From Pelomyxa schiedti (taxonomy: Eukaryota > Protista > Evosea): a stretch of DNA of 64,000 bases. Where the stretch lies: NCBI GenBank assembly GCA_020536535.1, contig JAHLWZ010000423.1:62001-126000 (forward strand), written 5' to 3'. The notes below the pieces were generated by a model. That model worked only from the letters and a program-made list of their open reading frames with translations. It ran no database searches and was not told where the DNA came from. Below, in pieces: positions 38,177-48,678 of this stretch. The stretch's first letter is position 1; each line of letters opens with the position of its first letter. A program made the position numbers and the translations under genes.

Positions 38177-38374
38177 ACACCAAGATTTTTGTCATTATTT
38201 CTATTTTCTATTTCTATTTGGAGATGCAATTGCCAAATTGAGAAAATTTCCAAGTGGGTAACGAAGACGAAAAGTCAAACACAAAGCAGAACAAAATAAA
38301 AACAAAATCGCAATAGTTATTTAAACCGGCATTAAACCAGACACTAACAAACAACAAACAAACAAAAAGAACAC

Positions 38375-39415
38375 ATGCCAGCCAAGAACCGATTCGATTT
38401 GAAGGCTGAACGCAAATTCAAGTCTATGTTGTCGCAATACGGCATTTTCGACTTTGGGACGTTTCTACCACCTCAGCAAAGTACTACTTCCAGTAGTATC
38501 ACTTGTTCCACTAACGCCTACACCAACAATAACAATAACAACCACGAAAAAACAACCCCGTTGTATGTGAATGACCACGCTAGTACCGATTCACTACACG
38601 GTGACTCCGGAGAATCATTTGAATCGTACTGGGAGGAGGGGGAGAGTGAACAGGGGGACGCAGAACAACTCGGTTGCGAACAAATGAACCTTGATTCTTA
38701 TCAACAACAAGATGACCTTGATGACTGCTCCACCGAGCTGGAATTCGAGAGAGGATGGGAGCCGGAAATCTACACACTGGAACCGTGGTACTCTGACTGC
38801 GAGGAGGACCTGGCCAATCTGTCTCCGTGCGGTGACTGGCAACACCCGTTCAACCCACCAGGAGCGCTGGAATTCCAGAGTCAAATCACTCAGCAACAAC
38901 CGCAGACCGAACTGGACATCCTGGACAACTACTGGAATGCCTGTGACGGCTCAGGTTCTTCTACTTCTCATGGCGAGATTAAAAAGCATCAGTCCTGCTA
39001 CTGCTGCTTTGAGGACTACGAGGACGACGACGAGGATGGTGCAGAGGATGAAGAGAAGGACGATGACACAGAATTCGACGAACTATCAATGGATTCTATG
39101 GCAACGAACCTATCGGATATTCTACTGGAATATACCCCGACTTCACCTGCCATAATGGCATTTCCAACCAACGCCGCGGCGCCCTCGGCACCGGCCCCTC
39201 AACCCCAGTTACATCGAGAATTCCTCGGCACAACCTCAACCCCAACCCCGGATAGCTGTAAGAAGAACCCCGAGATACCCATTTTGCACCAGTTTAGAAT
39301 CTTCCAGAACCCGGCGCCAACCAAGCCTTGTGGGTGGCCAACACCCCACCCACAATTGATTCCTCCGTCGGCCTTTAAAACAACCCCACCACAAACCCTC
39401 CTTGCACAGAGCTAA
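38375..39415 (+). CDS. Hypothetical acidic, intronless protein (346 aa)
   Basis: Long ATG ORF preceded by the AC-rich leader seen before other genes here; no recognisable domain. Confidence 0.75.
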   Translation: MPAKNRFDLKAERKFKSMLSQYGIFDFGTFLPPQQSTTSSSITCSTNAYTNNNNNNHEKTTPLYVNDHASTDSLHGDSGESFESYWEEGESEQGDAEQLGCEQMNLDSYQQQDDLDDCSTELEFERGWEPEIYTLEPWYSDCEEDLANLSPCGDWQHPFNPPGALEFQSQITQQQPQTELDILDNYWNACDGSGSSTSHGEIKKHQSCYCCFEDYEDDDEDGAEDEEKDDDTEFDELSMDSMATNLSDILLEYTPTSPAIMAFPTNAAAPSAPAPQPQLHREFLGTTSTPTPDSCKKNPEIPILHQFRIFQNPAPTKPCGWPTPHPQLIPPSAFKTTPPQTLLAQS

Positions 39416-39562
39416 GTTCGTTCAAGGGCAGCTGTATCAATTTGTACTATCTAGGAAAGTACGAAATACTTTCGTACAAAGAAAAAAAAAAATTAAGTTT
39501 TTTTCCTATCAGATCTTCCTTTCCTTTTTTTTTCTTGTAGACCTGTCAAACATAATTGTAAC

Positions 39563-40453
39563 ATGACGGCGCTGCACCACGAGTACCAACTTGTGCGCAA
39601 CACGTGCTTTGTGCACGCTACAAACATGTACTTTCAAGATCCCACGTACGCAACACGGCTGGTGAAGGGTGCCAAGACGAATTGTACAGGGCCAGCCGAG
39701 GCCGAACCCCGGGAAGGAGCTGCTGACGGCGGGGGCGGCACAATTGTGGGATACGTGTCGATGCTGCGGAGATGTGCAAGTAGGATTGAGGAGATAATAC
39801 GCGAGGAGTCCGCCAGGTCGTTTTACGCTCATTGTGGGACAAACGGTGCTCCCCCTGAGGACAAGGACACCGTGGAAGAAGACTCGAGGCCCACAAAGGA
39901 CAGTGATTTGTTGGGGTATGTGGTATACCGTCATCTGTTATCTGATATCTCGTGCAACCAAAGATACTACCAGGTTTACTCCTACACGTGCGTTGAGGAG
40001 GTTATTCGAGCATTGTGTAGTGACGGCTTGGTGGAGCTTACTCCCCCGGAGGCCCTGTTTTTTTTGGAATTCCAACTGAGCGCAAATGGAAAGAACCTCG
40101 TGTATGTACCGCATTCGTTCTACCACCGCCATGCTCGCAGCGCTCTTCCGGGTGATTACAAATGCAGTGCCGCTCTCTTTTCCGCCGCACTGACGAGTGA
40201 ATACCACTCACCACCCGATGGCGCAACCGGCGGGGTTCCATTATTTCTCTGCCGGGTGGAACCCAACCACTCCCACGCCTTCACCGCACTGAACATGGGC
40301 CCACAGCGGGGCGTCATTCTTCTAGATTCTCTGTGCTGTGGTCCGGTTGAGATTCCCACAGTGCACGAGTTTGTTTCCAAAAAGGAATATGCTGCCAGAG
40401 CATCATGCATGATTATTCCTGATCGTTCCAGACCCTCTATTGTCTTAATATAA
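39563..40453 (+). CDS. Divergent Josephin-family deubiquitinase, intronless
   Basis: HHEYQLVRNTCFVHATNMYFQD resembles Josephin HEKQ...C..HALNN.FQD (Q9, C15). HAFTAL (H238). ILLDSLCCGPVEI resembles ataxin-3 FNLNSLLTGPELI and JOSD NLDS (D255). Confidence 0.75.
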   Translation: MTALHHEYQLVRNTCFVHATNMYFQDPTYATRLVKGAKTNCTGPAEAEPREGAADGGGGTIVGYVSMLRRCASRIEEIIREESARSFYAHCGTNGAPPEDKDTVEEDSRPTKDSDLLGYVVYRHLLSDISCNQRYYQVYSYTCVEEVIRALCSDGLVELTPPEALFFLEFQLSANGKNLVYVPHSFYHRHARSALPGDYKCSAALFSAALTSEYHSPPDGATGGVPLFLCRVEPNHSHAFTALNMGPQRGVILLDSLCCGPVEIPTVHEFVSKKEYAARASCMIIPDRSRPSIVLI

Positions 40454-40750
40454 GAACATTTTTTTTTAGTATCCAGATTTTGAGAAGAGAATGTTATTGT
40501 GCTTGAGAATTGGTTTCCAGTGGAGCAAAGACAGAACTAAGCAGCACTTAGTGTGTCACCCACAATCCTGCTGAGTAACATCTTTGCGGCAAGGAAAGAC
40601 CGAAGCATGGAAACACCAGCAGGTAGTTGTTGTGTTCTCTCAAGTTCCTTTTCCTCTGTGGTCTGGAGGAGGAATCTGGGACCACTAAACACCGAAATTT
40701 GGCTCAAACTGAGTTCCAGAAACAAAACTTTTTTTTTGCAAGGAATTTTT

Positions 40751-42941
40751 TCAATTTGCAACTTTGAACTTTTGTTTGAGTGGGCCCAGTGACTGTCCAG
40801 CTTCTTCCAGCTTCTTGAAGAGACCAGATAAAACTATGGACTGGTTAGGATTGTGTGAGAAAGGATCACAATTGGTGCCTGCTTTGTCGCCAGCCGAGAG
40901 AAACATCAAAAGCATGTTAATTCGTCTGACGTTAATGAGACCACCCAAGAAGGCAGCCGTTTTGGAAACGTCAAGGCTGAAAAGTGAAGTGAAAAGATAA
41001 CACTAGATTTCACTAACTTACATTGGACCGAAGTCATTAAGTGCGGAAGTAATCTTTGTGAATAATTCTGCCCCAAGTGAATCTTGGAATATCTTAGGCA
41101 ATGCTGTGGGATCCAGTGACTGTTGAGTGGTTAACGCTTGTATACAATCTACTAATCTTACCAATAAAAATTTGGCTTCCATCTCACGTACTCCTTGAAG
41201 GGAGCTCCATGCTGTCTGGAATTCATATGGGTTGCGTGGAGGTGCAGTAGGAATTGAAACAGGTATGTTAACAGTGGGTTTGAGTACTGTAGTTTTGCTG
41301 ATCTGCATTTTTTTCCCCCCATCAATTTGGTGGACATAAAGGAATGGACATACATTTCCCTTAGGAGGAACTGTGATTTCTGATGTAGGTGTGGATGTTG
41401 TCACCTCTTCTACAAGAAGAGGGGTCTTTCTATTGCCATCTCGAGATTCTTCTGGAGTCGGCAGCGGTATTGGTGCAGCTATGGATGTTTCTGGCAGTTT
41501 TGGTGTTGGTAAAGTGGTTGCGTGTGTTTCAGGTGTTGTAGTTGTAGGAATGACTGTAGGAGTGGGTGGTAGGGTTGGAGTCAGTGTGGGTACAACTGCG
41601 GGGGCAGGATTCCCTGTTGCAGGTGGCAGTGAAGGGGTGATGGTTGGCACTTGGTGAGATTTTGGTGTTTCAGATAGTTCTGGCTTCGTATTCTCCACTT
41701 GTTTTGGTAATTGCGGGTGGTCATCATCAATCACTTCGACTTTCCTCCTTTGGGGTGCAGGTGCCTGGGGCTGAGAAGAAGTGCTGGAATTTAATTTAGC
41801 TGCAGTCATGCCATTGATCACTTTTACTTCCTGCAATGCTTGTTTGTTCCCTGGCTCGAGTGTAACTAGCTTGTCAAGATCTTTCTAGCACGTGAGATGG
41901 GTTTTAGCACTTGTACTTTTCTACCAGAGAGGGCACCGCTGTAATCATGCAGAAATTTCCTGGCCAGAGCTCTCCTAAACAATGCTTTGGTAAAGTCTGG
42001 ATCACTGTTGAGGGCTATACTACTATCGGATTCAGCTTGCTTGTATCTACGCAATGTAAGTCAGCTATCTGGAAAGGTCTTATTAATACTTCTCTAAGTT
42101 GAGATAACACTGAGCTCTATTAGCAGGGTAAACGGGATTCTTTGGATCGCACGTCATAGCATTTGTGTAGTGCTGAATGGCATCCCAGTATTTCCCTTTT
42201 CTGAACAAGTCATTACCCTGTGGCAGGAATTTTTATTGTGCTGCAACGTCTAGAATATAGGATGTTGTGCAGATCCACTAGGAGAATGTACGAAAACAAA
42301 CCTTTTCTTTCTCAGATTCAGCTTCCTTCTTCTTATCTATTGGAGACACCACCTTTGGTGTAGATGTTGGAGAGCTATCCACCTGATTCAAGGCCTTGTC
42401 CTATGTGATTTCTCTTGTCAGCGTTTTTTTTTTTTTTTTTTTTTTTGCCAGAGTATACCACGTCAAATTTGTCCCAAGCGCGATAATCAAAGCTGTTGAT
42501 TCTTTGTGTAGAATCTTTTGTATTTGGAGAGGGGGACACAGCAGGAGGTTGTGCAGAAGTTTGAGAATTGGTGAGTGAAGGAGTAGTGTGAGTCGTGGTA
42601 CTGGCATTAGGTTGTGGAGCAGATGATTCTGATTGTGCAGTAAGTGGCTCCAAGTCAACGGAAATGGATGGCCTCACTGGGGGCAGTTCATAATTCTGTA
42701 ATACATTCAAGTCATTTTTTTTTTGTTGTTGTTGTTGTTGGAGTAAAATAACAAATGCCTTAGTAGCAGTAACATCACAACTGGGTTCCGTTTCGCGAGC
42801 CTCCAACCACCTAATGACAGGTCAAACACCAAAACAAAAACGCCTTGCAAAGGCAAACTTGTTCATCTTTTCCAAGTAGTTTCGAACAGCTTCATCCGTT
42901 TTTGCCTTCGCCGACAATGCCCGGTCACCTGCCGCTGCCAT
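40751..42941 (-). CDS. RPAP3: RNA polymerase II-associated protein 3 (R2TP co-chaperone; TPR + RPAP3_C)
   Basis: RINSFDYRAWDKFDV; TPR KEKGNDLF...YPANRAQCY..KALFRRALAR; C-terminal PPRNPYEFQTAW..LPKIFQDSL..RINMLLMFLS. Confidence 0.9.
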
Positions 42942-43034
42942 CACAATCAACAAACCACTTTTCCTCTAAACAGATCCCCGGAAGGATCAATTTCCAGAAC
43001 CCAGAGACCCACCATCAACACCGAGCCACCCACA
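42942..43034. promoter_or_regulatory. Putative 93-nt bidirectional promoter between RPAP3 and the Rpp21-like gene
   Basis: Head-to-head ATGs at 42941(-) and 43035(+). Confidence 0.55.
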
Positions 43035-44450
43035 ATGAGCAGCACATGGAGCGGAGCCAGGGTGGTGCAGCAGGCGCGGCGGGACAGGGAGGCGAGGGAG
43101 CGCGCGCAGGAGGCGACCGAGGGGGCGCTGAGGTTCGGGAGCGCGTCGGCCAAGTTCGACGCGCTGACGGCGCAGTTCCTGGTGGACGGCGCGGCGGCGT
43201 GCGCGGGGGCGGGCGCGGGGGCCGCCGCGGGCGAGATGCTGCGCGCCGCCAGGTGCCTGGCCCGCGCCTCCCGCGACGAGGTGCGCGCCACCCTCGACGG
43301 CGTGGTCGGCGGCGCCAGGGCCTGCCGCGGGTGCTCGGCCCTGTGGGTCCCCGGGGTGAACGTCAGCGTGAGGACGTGGAGGAGGAAGACGAGGAGGGCC
43401 GGGACTGGGACGGGGAGGGGGAGGGGGCGCCGCGGGAGGGCGAGGAAGCGGCTTGGGAGACCCGGCGAAAAGAGGAAGAATCCATCGTCAGCGGTGTCTG
43501 CAGTTGCGGCGGAAACAGAAACAGAAAAAGGAAAAGGGACGGCACATCCAACTGCCGTTGCGAGTGCCACTGCGAGTACCAGTGGTGCGGGTGCTGAAAA
43601 TTGTGTTGGGGGTTCCAAATCCAAATCTGGTGAAATGGGGGGAGGAGCCAAGAAACGACGGATTGATGTGAGGAAGTGGACACCGGTGTCCGCAGTTGTG
43701 AAAAAACCTATCAGGTTCAGGGAGCGGCTCAAATCAAAACAGTGGCGCCACAACCTACACGACAGAAAATTCGGAGAAAACGAAATGGATGATTCGGCAC
43801 CAGCCTTCAATTTTGACGGTGATTCCAGAGACTCTGACATGGCTATCAAACTCCCCACGAAAAAAACGCGCAGAATGGCTAAAATTCTCTACATCTGCAG
43901 ACTATGTGGGCACGTGGAGAGCTTCGCAATACCACACGATGTTGATGGTCCCCCCAGGAGCATCAAGCATCTGCTGCCAGATAATCAGCCCATAACCACC
44001 ACCAAAAAATTACCATCCACTTCCAGGACACCATCCCCCACACTCGTCGTTTCCAGGTCACAATCTCCAAAGCCTGTTCTCACCAGAACACCTTCCCCTG
44101 TTCCAGGTTCAATCCCAGTAACCGTTCCAACACGAGCACATTCCCCTGCTCCAATTGCAGTTGCCATTCCAAAGCGAACACATTCCCCAGCTCCCATACA
44201 CACCCGAACACCTTCACCACATACAGTTCCTCCGCGAATACCTTCCCCGGTACCTGTACATGCACCTGTACCCTCACGAGTACCTTCCCCATCTAGTTAT
44301 AGAGCAGTCACTCCTCCTTTACCAATCACCATCATTCAACCAAAACCAAAACAAATACCCAGCCTTCTTTCCTGTGAGGAACGGAGAAAGAAGAACACAG
44401 AGGAAGACATTGACCACCTCCTTGAACTCTTGGCATCAGATGACACCTAA
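43035..44450 (+). CDS. Rpr2/Rpp21/Snm1-type zinc-ribbon protein (RNase P/MRP subunit-like) with long insertion and RxxSP-rich tail
   Basis: RACRGCSALWVPGVNVSVR ... ILYICRLCGH matches the Rpr2 pattern CxxC-x-L-x-PG-x-N...CxxCG; single open frame of 471 aa. Confidence 0.65.
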   Translation: MSSTWSGARVVQQARRDREARERAQEATEGALRFGSASAKFDALTAQFLVDGAAACAGAGAGAAAGEMLRAARCLARASRDEVRATLDGVVGGARACRGCSALWVPGVNVSVRTWRRKTRRAGTGTGRGRGRRGRARKRLGRPGEKRKNPSSAVSAVAAETETEKGKGTAHPTAVASATASTSGAGAENCVGGSKSKSGEMGGGAKKRRIDVRKWTPVSAVVKKPIRFRERLKSKQWRHNLHDRKFGENEMDDSAPAFNFDGDSRDSDMAIKLPTKKTRRMAKILYICRLCGHVESFAIPHDVDGPPRSIKHLLPDNQPITTTKKLPSTSRTPSPTLVVSRSQSPKPVLTRTPSPVPGSIPVTVPTRAHSPAPIAVAIPKRTHSPAPIHTRTPSPHTVPPRIPSPVPVHAPVPSRVPSPSSYRAVTPPLPITIIQPKPKQIPSLLSCEERRKKNTEEDIDHLLELLASDDT

Positions 44451-44535
44451 AGAAAAAAAAAACCACAAAAAACCTTTATCCAAAAAAGAGACTTCAATTC
44501 ATTATCATTATTTCCAGAAACAGGCACCAACACTT

Positions 44536-46965
44536 TCAGAAGCCCACAGCACATCCATCTTTTCTCATCTCAGAAGCAGCATAGTAGACACCTCCCTTGC
44601 GTGCAATTGCTTGGTAGCCACCAAATAGGCCCCTGCCACCTCCCTGTGGTGACAGGATGTGCCCCATGTGTGTAAGGGAATCTCGTATGTGGTCCGGCAT
44701 AGTGTCCTCAAGGTGAAGTATTCCCTTCCCACCTGTTGCTCCTTCATGACACCACCTTACAGCGTCACCTGCACAAAGGAGATTGGAGTGAGTGTTAGTG
44801 TGCTGCCATGGAATTTGGGGTTTGGAAAAGTGTACCGGCCTCTTGGACATTCATTCCAAAGTCGATCATGTTGCACAGAACCTGAACGTGGCCCTGGGGT
44901 TGCATGTCTGCCCCCATCACTCCAAATGACATGGCGAAATCTTGCTCAGTATTTTCCACAAAACCGGGGATGATGGTATGGAAAGGCCTCTTGCATGGAG
45001 CATACAAGTTGGGATGCTGATCACTTGTGCCGATTGAAAAGAGTGACCCTCTGTTCTATTGTATGTTACAACTACCAACTTCAGTAAGACAGACCTGCAA
45101 AGGAAAGCCAAGACCGGGAGGAACCAGGAGTGAGCCGAATTCACGGAAATTACTCTGCATCAAAGTTTCGTTTCATTTCTCAAATAACTCATGTATTAAA
45201 GAAAGAGGTACCTGTATGAGAGAAACCATCATCCCATTTTCGTCGGCAACTTAGTTGAGTGAGAAACAGAGAGTGTGTATTATTACAACCAGTGATATAC
45301 ACGGTGTCTCCATGATTCATGTGTGGGTTCCCGCATTCTGCGCTGGGCATGGCCACATGTGTGTTGATGGTTGCCATCCTTGTTTTTGCATAACTTTTGC
45401 TTGCCAAACCTTCAACAGGAAGCTTTGAGAGAAGAGGATCCCCATAATAGGCCTGTGGTTAATTGTGAGAAGCGACAAGGGAGGAATCTTGCACACAGCA
45501 CGATCCGCAAATGCCAATTTCTTTGCTTCAACCATCTGGGCAGTAATGTTACTCAGTCAACTAGAATGAAAGAGAAGATATACCAAGTGAATGCTTTCAG
45601 CCGAGTTGTGTCCTAAACCAGCTAAGTCACAATTTTCCAGTATATTTAGAATCTCCAGAACTACCAAGCCCTGGCTTTTGGTGGGCACATGAAAGAAAAA
45701 AAATCTTTGCGTACTTGTGTGTTAGGTGGCAGTTCGTAAATGTTGTATCCACGGTAGTTAGTAGAAACGGGATCAACCCACTCTCCCGAATGTGTCGAGA
45801 AGTCATCACTCTTCAACCAGACGCCATTCTGTGACCCCCAGGTGGATACAACATCAGGTACAGAGGTTTTGTAGAAGTAGTCTCTCCCTCCTTCGAAATG
45901 TTAGGTTGGGTGTGTTCTATTGACTCGAAGGGTAACCAGTTGCAATCCCTTCAAGAGTATGGGCCAGATCAGGATTGGTAAAGATTTCACCCTCTTGTGG
46001 TGCTGGGTAATGTTAATACAGCCAAAATAAAAGGAAATGAAAATAACGAAGTGAACAAGAAAAGTAGGAACGAAACCTATGCCATTCCGCGTAAATGTGT
46101 GGAGGAATCCATCTGTGGCATGAGGATGGGAACCATTTGACGTCAAGAAGTTCCTGTTTTGCTTGAACGCCTCAACACTGTTACCCCATTGCCACCTATG
46201 AGTGGAGTGGGTTAGTGCGCTAATGGCAAACGGTACCTGTGAAACTCACGCAATAACCTGAGAGACTGGAAATCCTTTTGTGGCGTATGAAATTGCAGGG
46301 GACAGAAGCTGAGACATTGGGAGCCTTCCAAATTGCTGGTGAAGAGCAAACCACCCATCAACACAACCAGGAACCGTGACAGACAGAGGGCCAAAAGGGG
46401 GTATCGAAGTGGATGCTTCAGTGTTGTTCAGAAAAGTACAGAACAGGGAGGATGAAGCAAACATGGTATCAGGGACATGAGTGTCTGGTAGTCCAGGGAC
46501 TTTGGGGACCTCCCACTGGCGTTATATCCTCTAATTGTCCTCGACCTAGATGCACTATTACATGTCGGGACAGTACTGACAAGTGCAAACAGATCGCCAC
46601 CAATTCCACATGACATAGGTTCCACCAATCCTATATCCCTCCGTTATCTAAATATTCATATACATCAAGTAAAAGAAAAAACAAAAAAAAACCTTGTATC
46701 GCATTTGCAGCTATTGCAGCATCTACTGCAGTACCCCCGTTCCTCAAAATTTCGAGAGCCACCTAGGCAGGATCCCATAAGTATGGCGTCTTGGCCCATC
46801 CCAAGGCAATCAAAAAACCTGCGAAACCAAAGGATGTGAAGACGCGGCAGACCCGCGAGTGGACAACACGGGACTACGTGATGAATATCTCGCAGCACCA
46901 CAGACCTTACACTCGCCTCTTGCCGGCCTCACGCCAATAATCCCCCCACAGCAGCTGTGGCTCAT
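44536..46965 (-). CDS. GGT: Gamma-glutamyltranspeptidase (bacterial YwrD/GGT-like), multi-exon
   Basis: SRSPVL..ASSHPL; GGTAVDAAIA; VEPMSCGIGGDLF; VTVPGCVDGW; nucleophile GDTVY; KRPFHTIIPGF; SFGVMGADMQPQGHVQ; ASEMRKDGCAVGF. Confidence 0.95.
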
Positions 46966-47163
46966 TTTCCCTTCACCGCAGAATCTCAGGAGTGGTACAG
47001 AAGCCTGTCGTTCAGCCGAAGCAGAGATTTTCCAGTGTTAGGTTATTCACATCGTACCCTTCCTTCAGCCGAACGAGTTCGTTCAGAGGGTTCCCGGCTT
47101 TTCATAAGGCGAATTTTTTTTTTGTCTCAATCAATAACACTCAAAACCACGCGTGAGGGAGGG

Positions 47164-48548
47164 ATGGCAGAAAGAGCGACGATAACACGGCTTCTCAACG
47201 AGTGCAAGGAAATACGCGAGGGTCTGTCGCGGCGGGTGTGGACGGGCGGCCCCGACGCGGATGTGGCGGGGGTTGCGGGGCGGCTGGCGGCGATGGGCCA
47301 CGAGGCGCTGGTGCTGGCGCAGTCGATGCACCACGAGCACGGGGCGGGGCTGGCCAAGGACATGTTCGCGTTCGGCAGGATGTGGGTCAAGTTCGCCGAG
47401 GGCAAGGCGCCCTCGTCCACCGACGCCGACGGCGGCGATGACGCCGCCTTCTGGGCCGAAATCGAGCAGCTTTTCTTGGAAGCAAAGTTGGTGGCAAAGG
47501 ACGTGTGTGCCATCTGTACCTTTTTTTTTCTTTCTCTCTTTCTTTCTTCCCCAAAATGTGCTGTGGTTCACAACTACTTGGTTTGGTGTTTTTTTTTTAT
47601 TTATTTATTATATCAAATACTTTTTTTTGTGTACCCCTTGGCTTATTGTTTTTCCCCACTGTAAAGTATGCTGATATTCCATTGGCTTTACGAGCTTTGG
47701 AGGGACTTACCAATGTATATAAAACAACTAACCAACTCGCAAAAGAGCTGAAGGTTTTTTATCTCTTTTTTCGCTCCAGTGCCTTTCTTGTTTGTTGAAG
47801 TTCTTAACAGACTTCAGAGGTAGCTGCTACTATTATGGAAAGCCAAGATATGAAGACCGTTGGTAACACAGTGGCTCTTCTTGGCGCCTATACCAGAGCA
47901 CTTACAACCCTCAAACGAACCGAAGATGGAGTTAATACAGCATCCCAGGCGTTTTTAGAGTTGACATTCAAGTCCTGGTTTGCACCTGCCCCAATCTTTG
48001 TAGCACTAATCACCCCTTCAAGGGACGAACTCATGTGGTTATCTTCTGTACCCAGCTTCAACTTCCCTGGTTATCTAATGCACCACAAAACTGCATTTTA
48101 TCATCTCGCCATCAGCGTTGGTGATCTCCTATCTAGTCAGTTTCTCACAGATGGCAAACCAGAGGACTTGAGCCAAGCCTCTGCGGCCTATGAACTGGCA
48201 TTAAGGATAGGCGCTATGGCAAATGATAGCAATTGGACCAGCATTGCGCACATCCACCAGGTTTATTCTTCCCCTACCCTAGAATTCAATCAATTAATAC
48301 TCCCGAAGATAAGAGCATTTTACAAGAAGTGCTCCGCCTCTGAATTCCAGAGCATGAAAGAACTAGTCAAACAAATGGCAGAGAACATGGATCCCCCCAA
48401 TCCTGAAGTAATGGAACTCCTGGCTGAAATGCAAGGGGGTCCAGGGGATCCCACTACGACTACAAGCACAGAAACAAGCACAATCACGGAAACAACTACA
48501 ACCACAACAACCACTGCAACTCAACAAGAACCATCACCCGTGGACTAA
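47164..48548 (+). CDS. Hypothetical alpha-helical (TPR-like) protein, multi-exon
   Basis: GC-rich first exon MAERATITRLLNEC...; later exons LRALEGLTNVY and ASAAYELALRIG; Thr-rich tail. Confidence 0.6.
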
Positions 48549-48678
48549 TGTATCTTTGCTGTTCATATCTTTTCTCCTACACCCCCTTGTTTTGGGTCAC
48601 CCAAGTGAACGATCAAAAACAAACAAAATTTTCCTTCAAAGCCGGTTACGAAGGCGTTTGATTTTTGAAAATAAAAAA

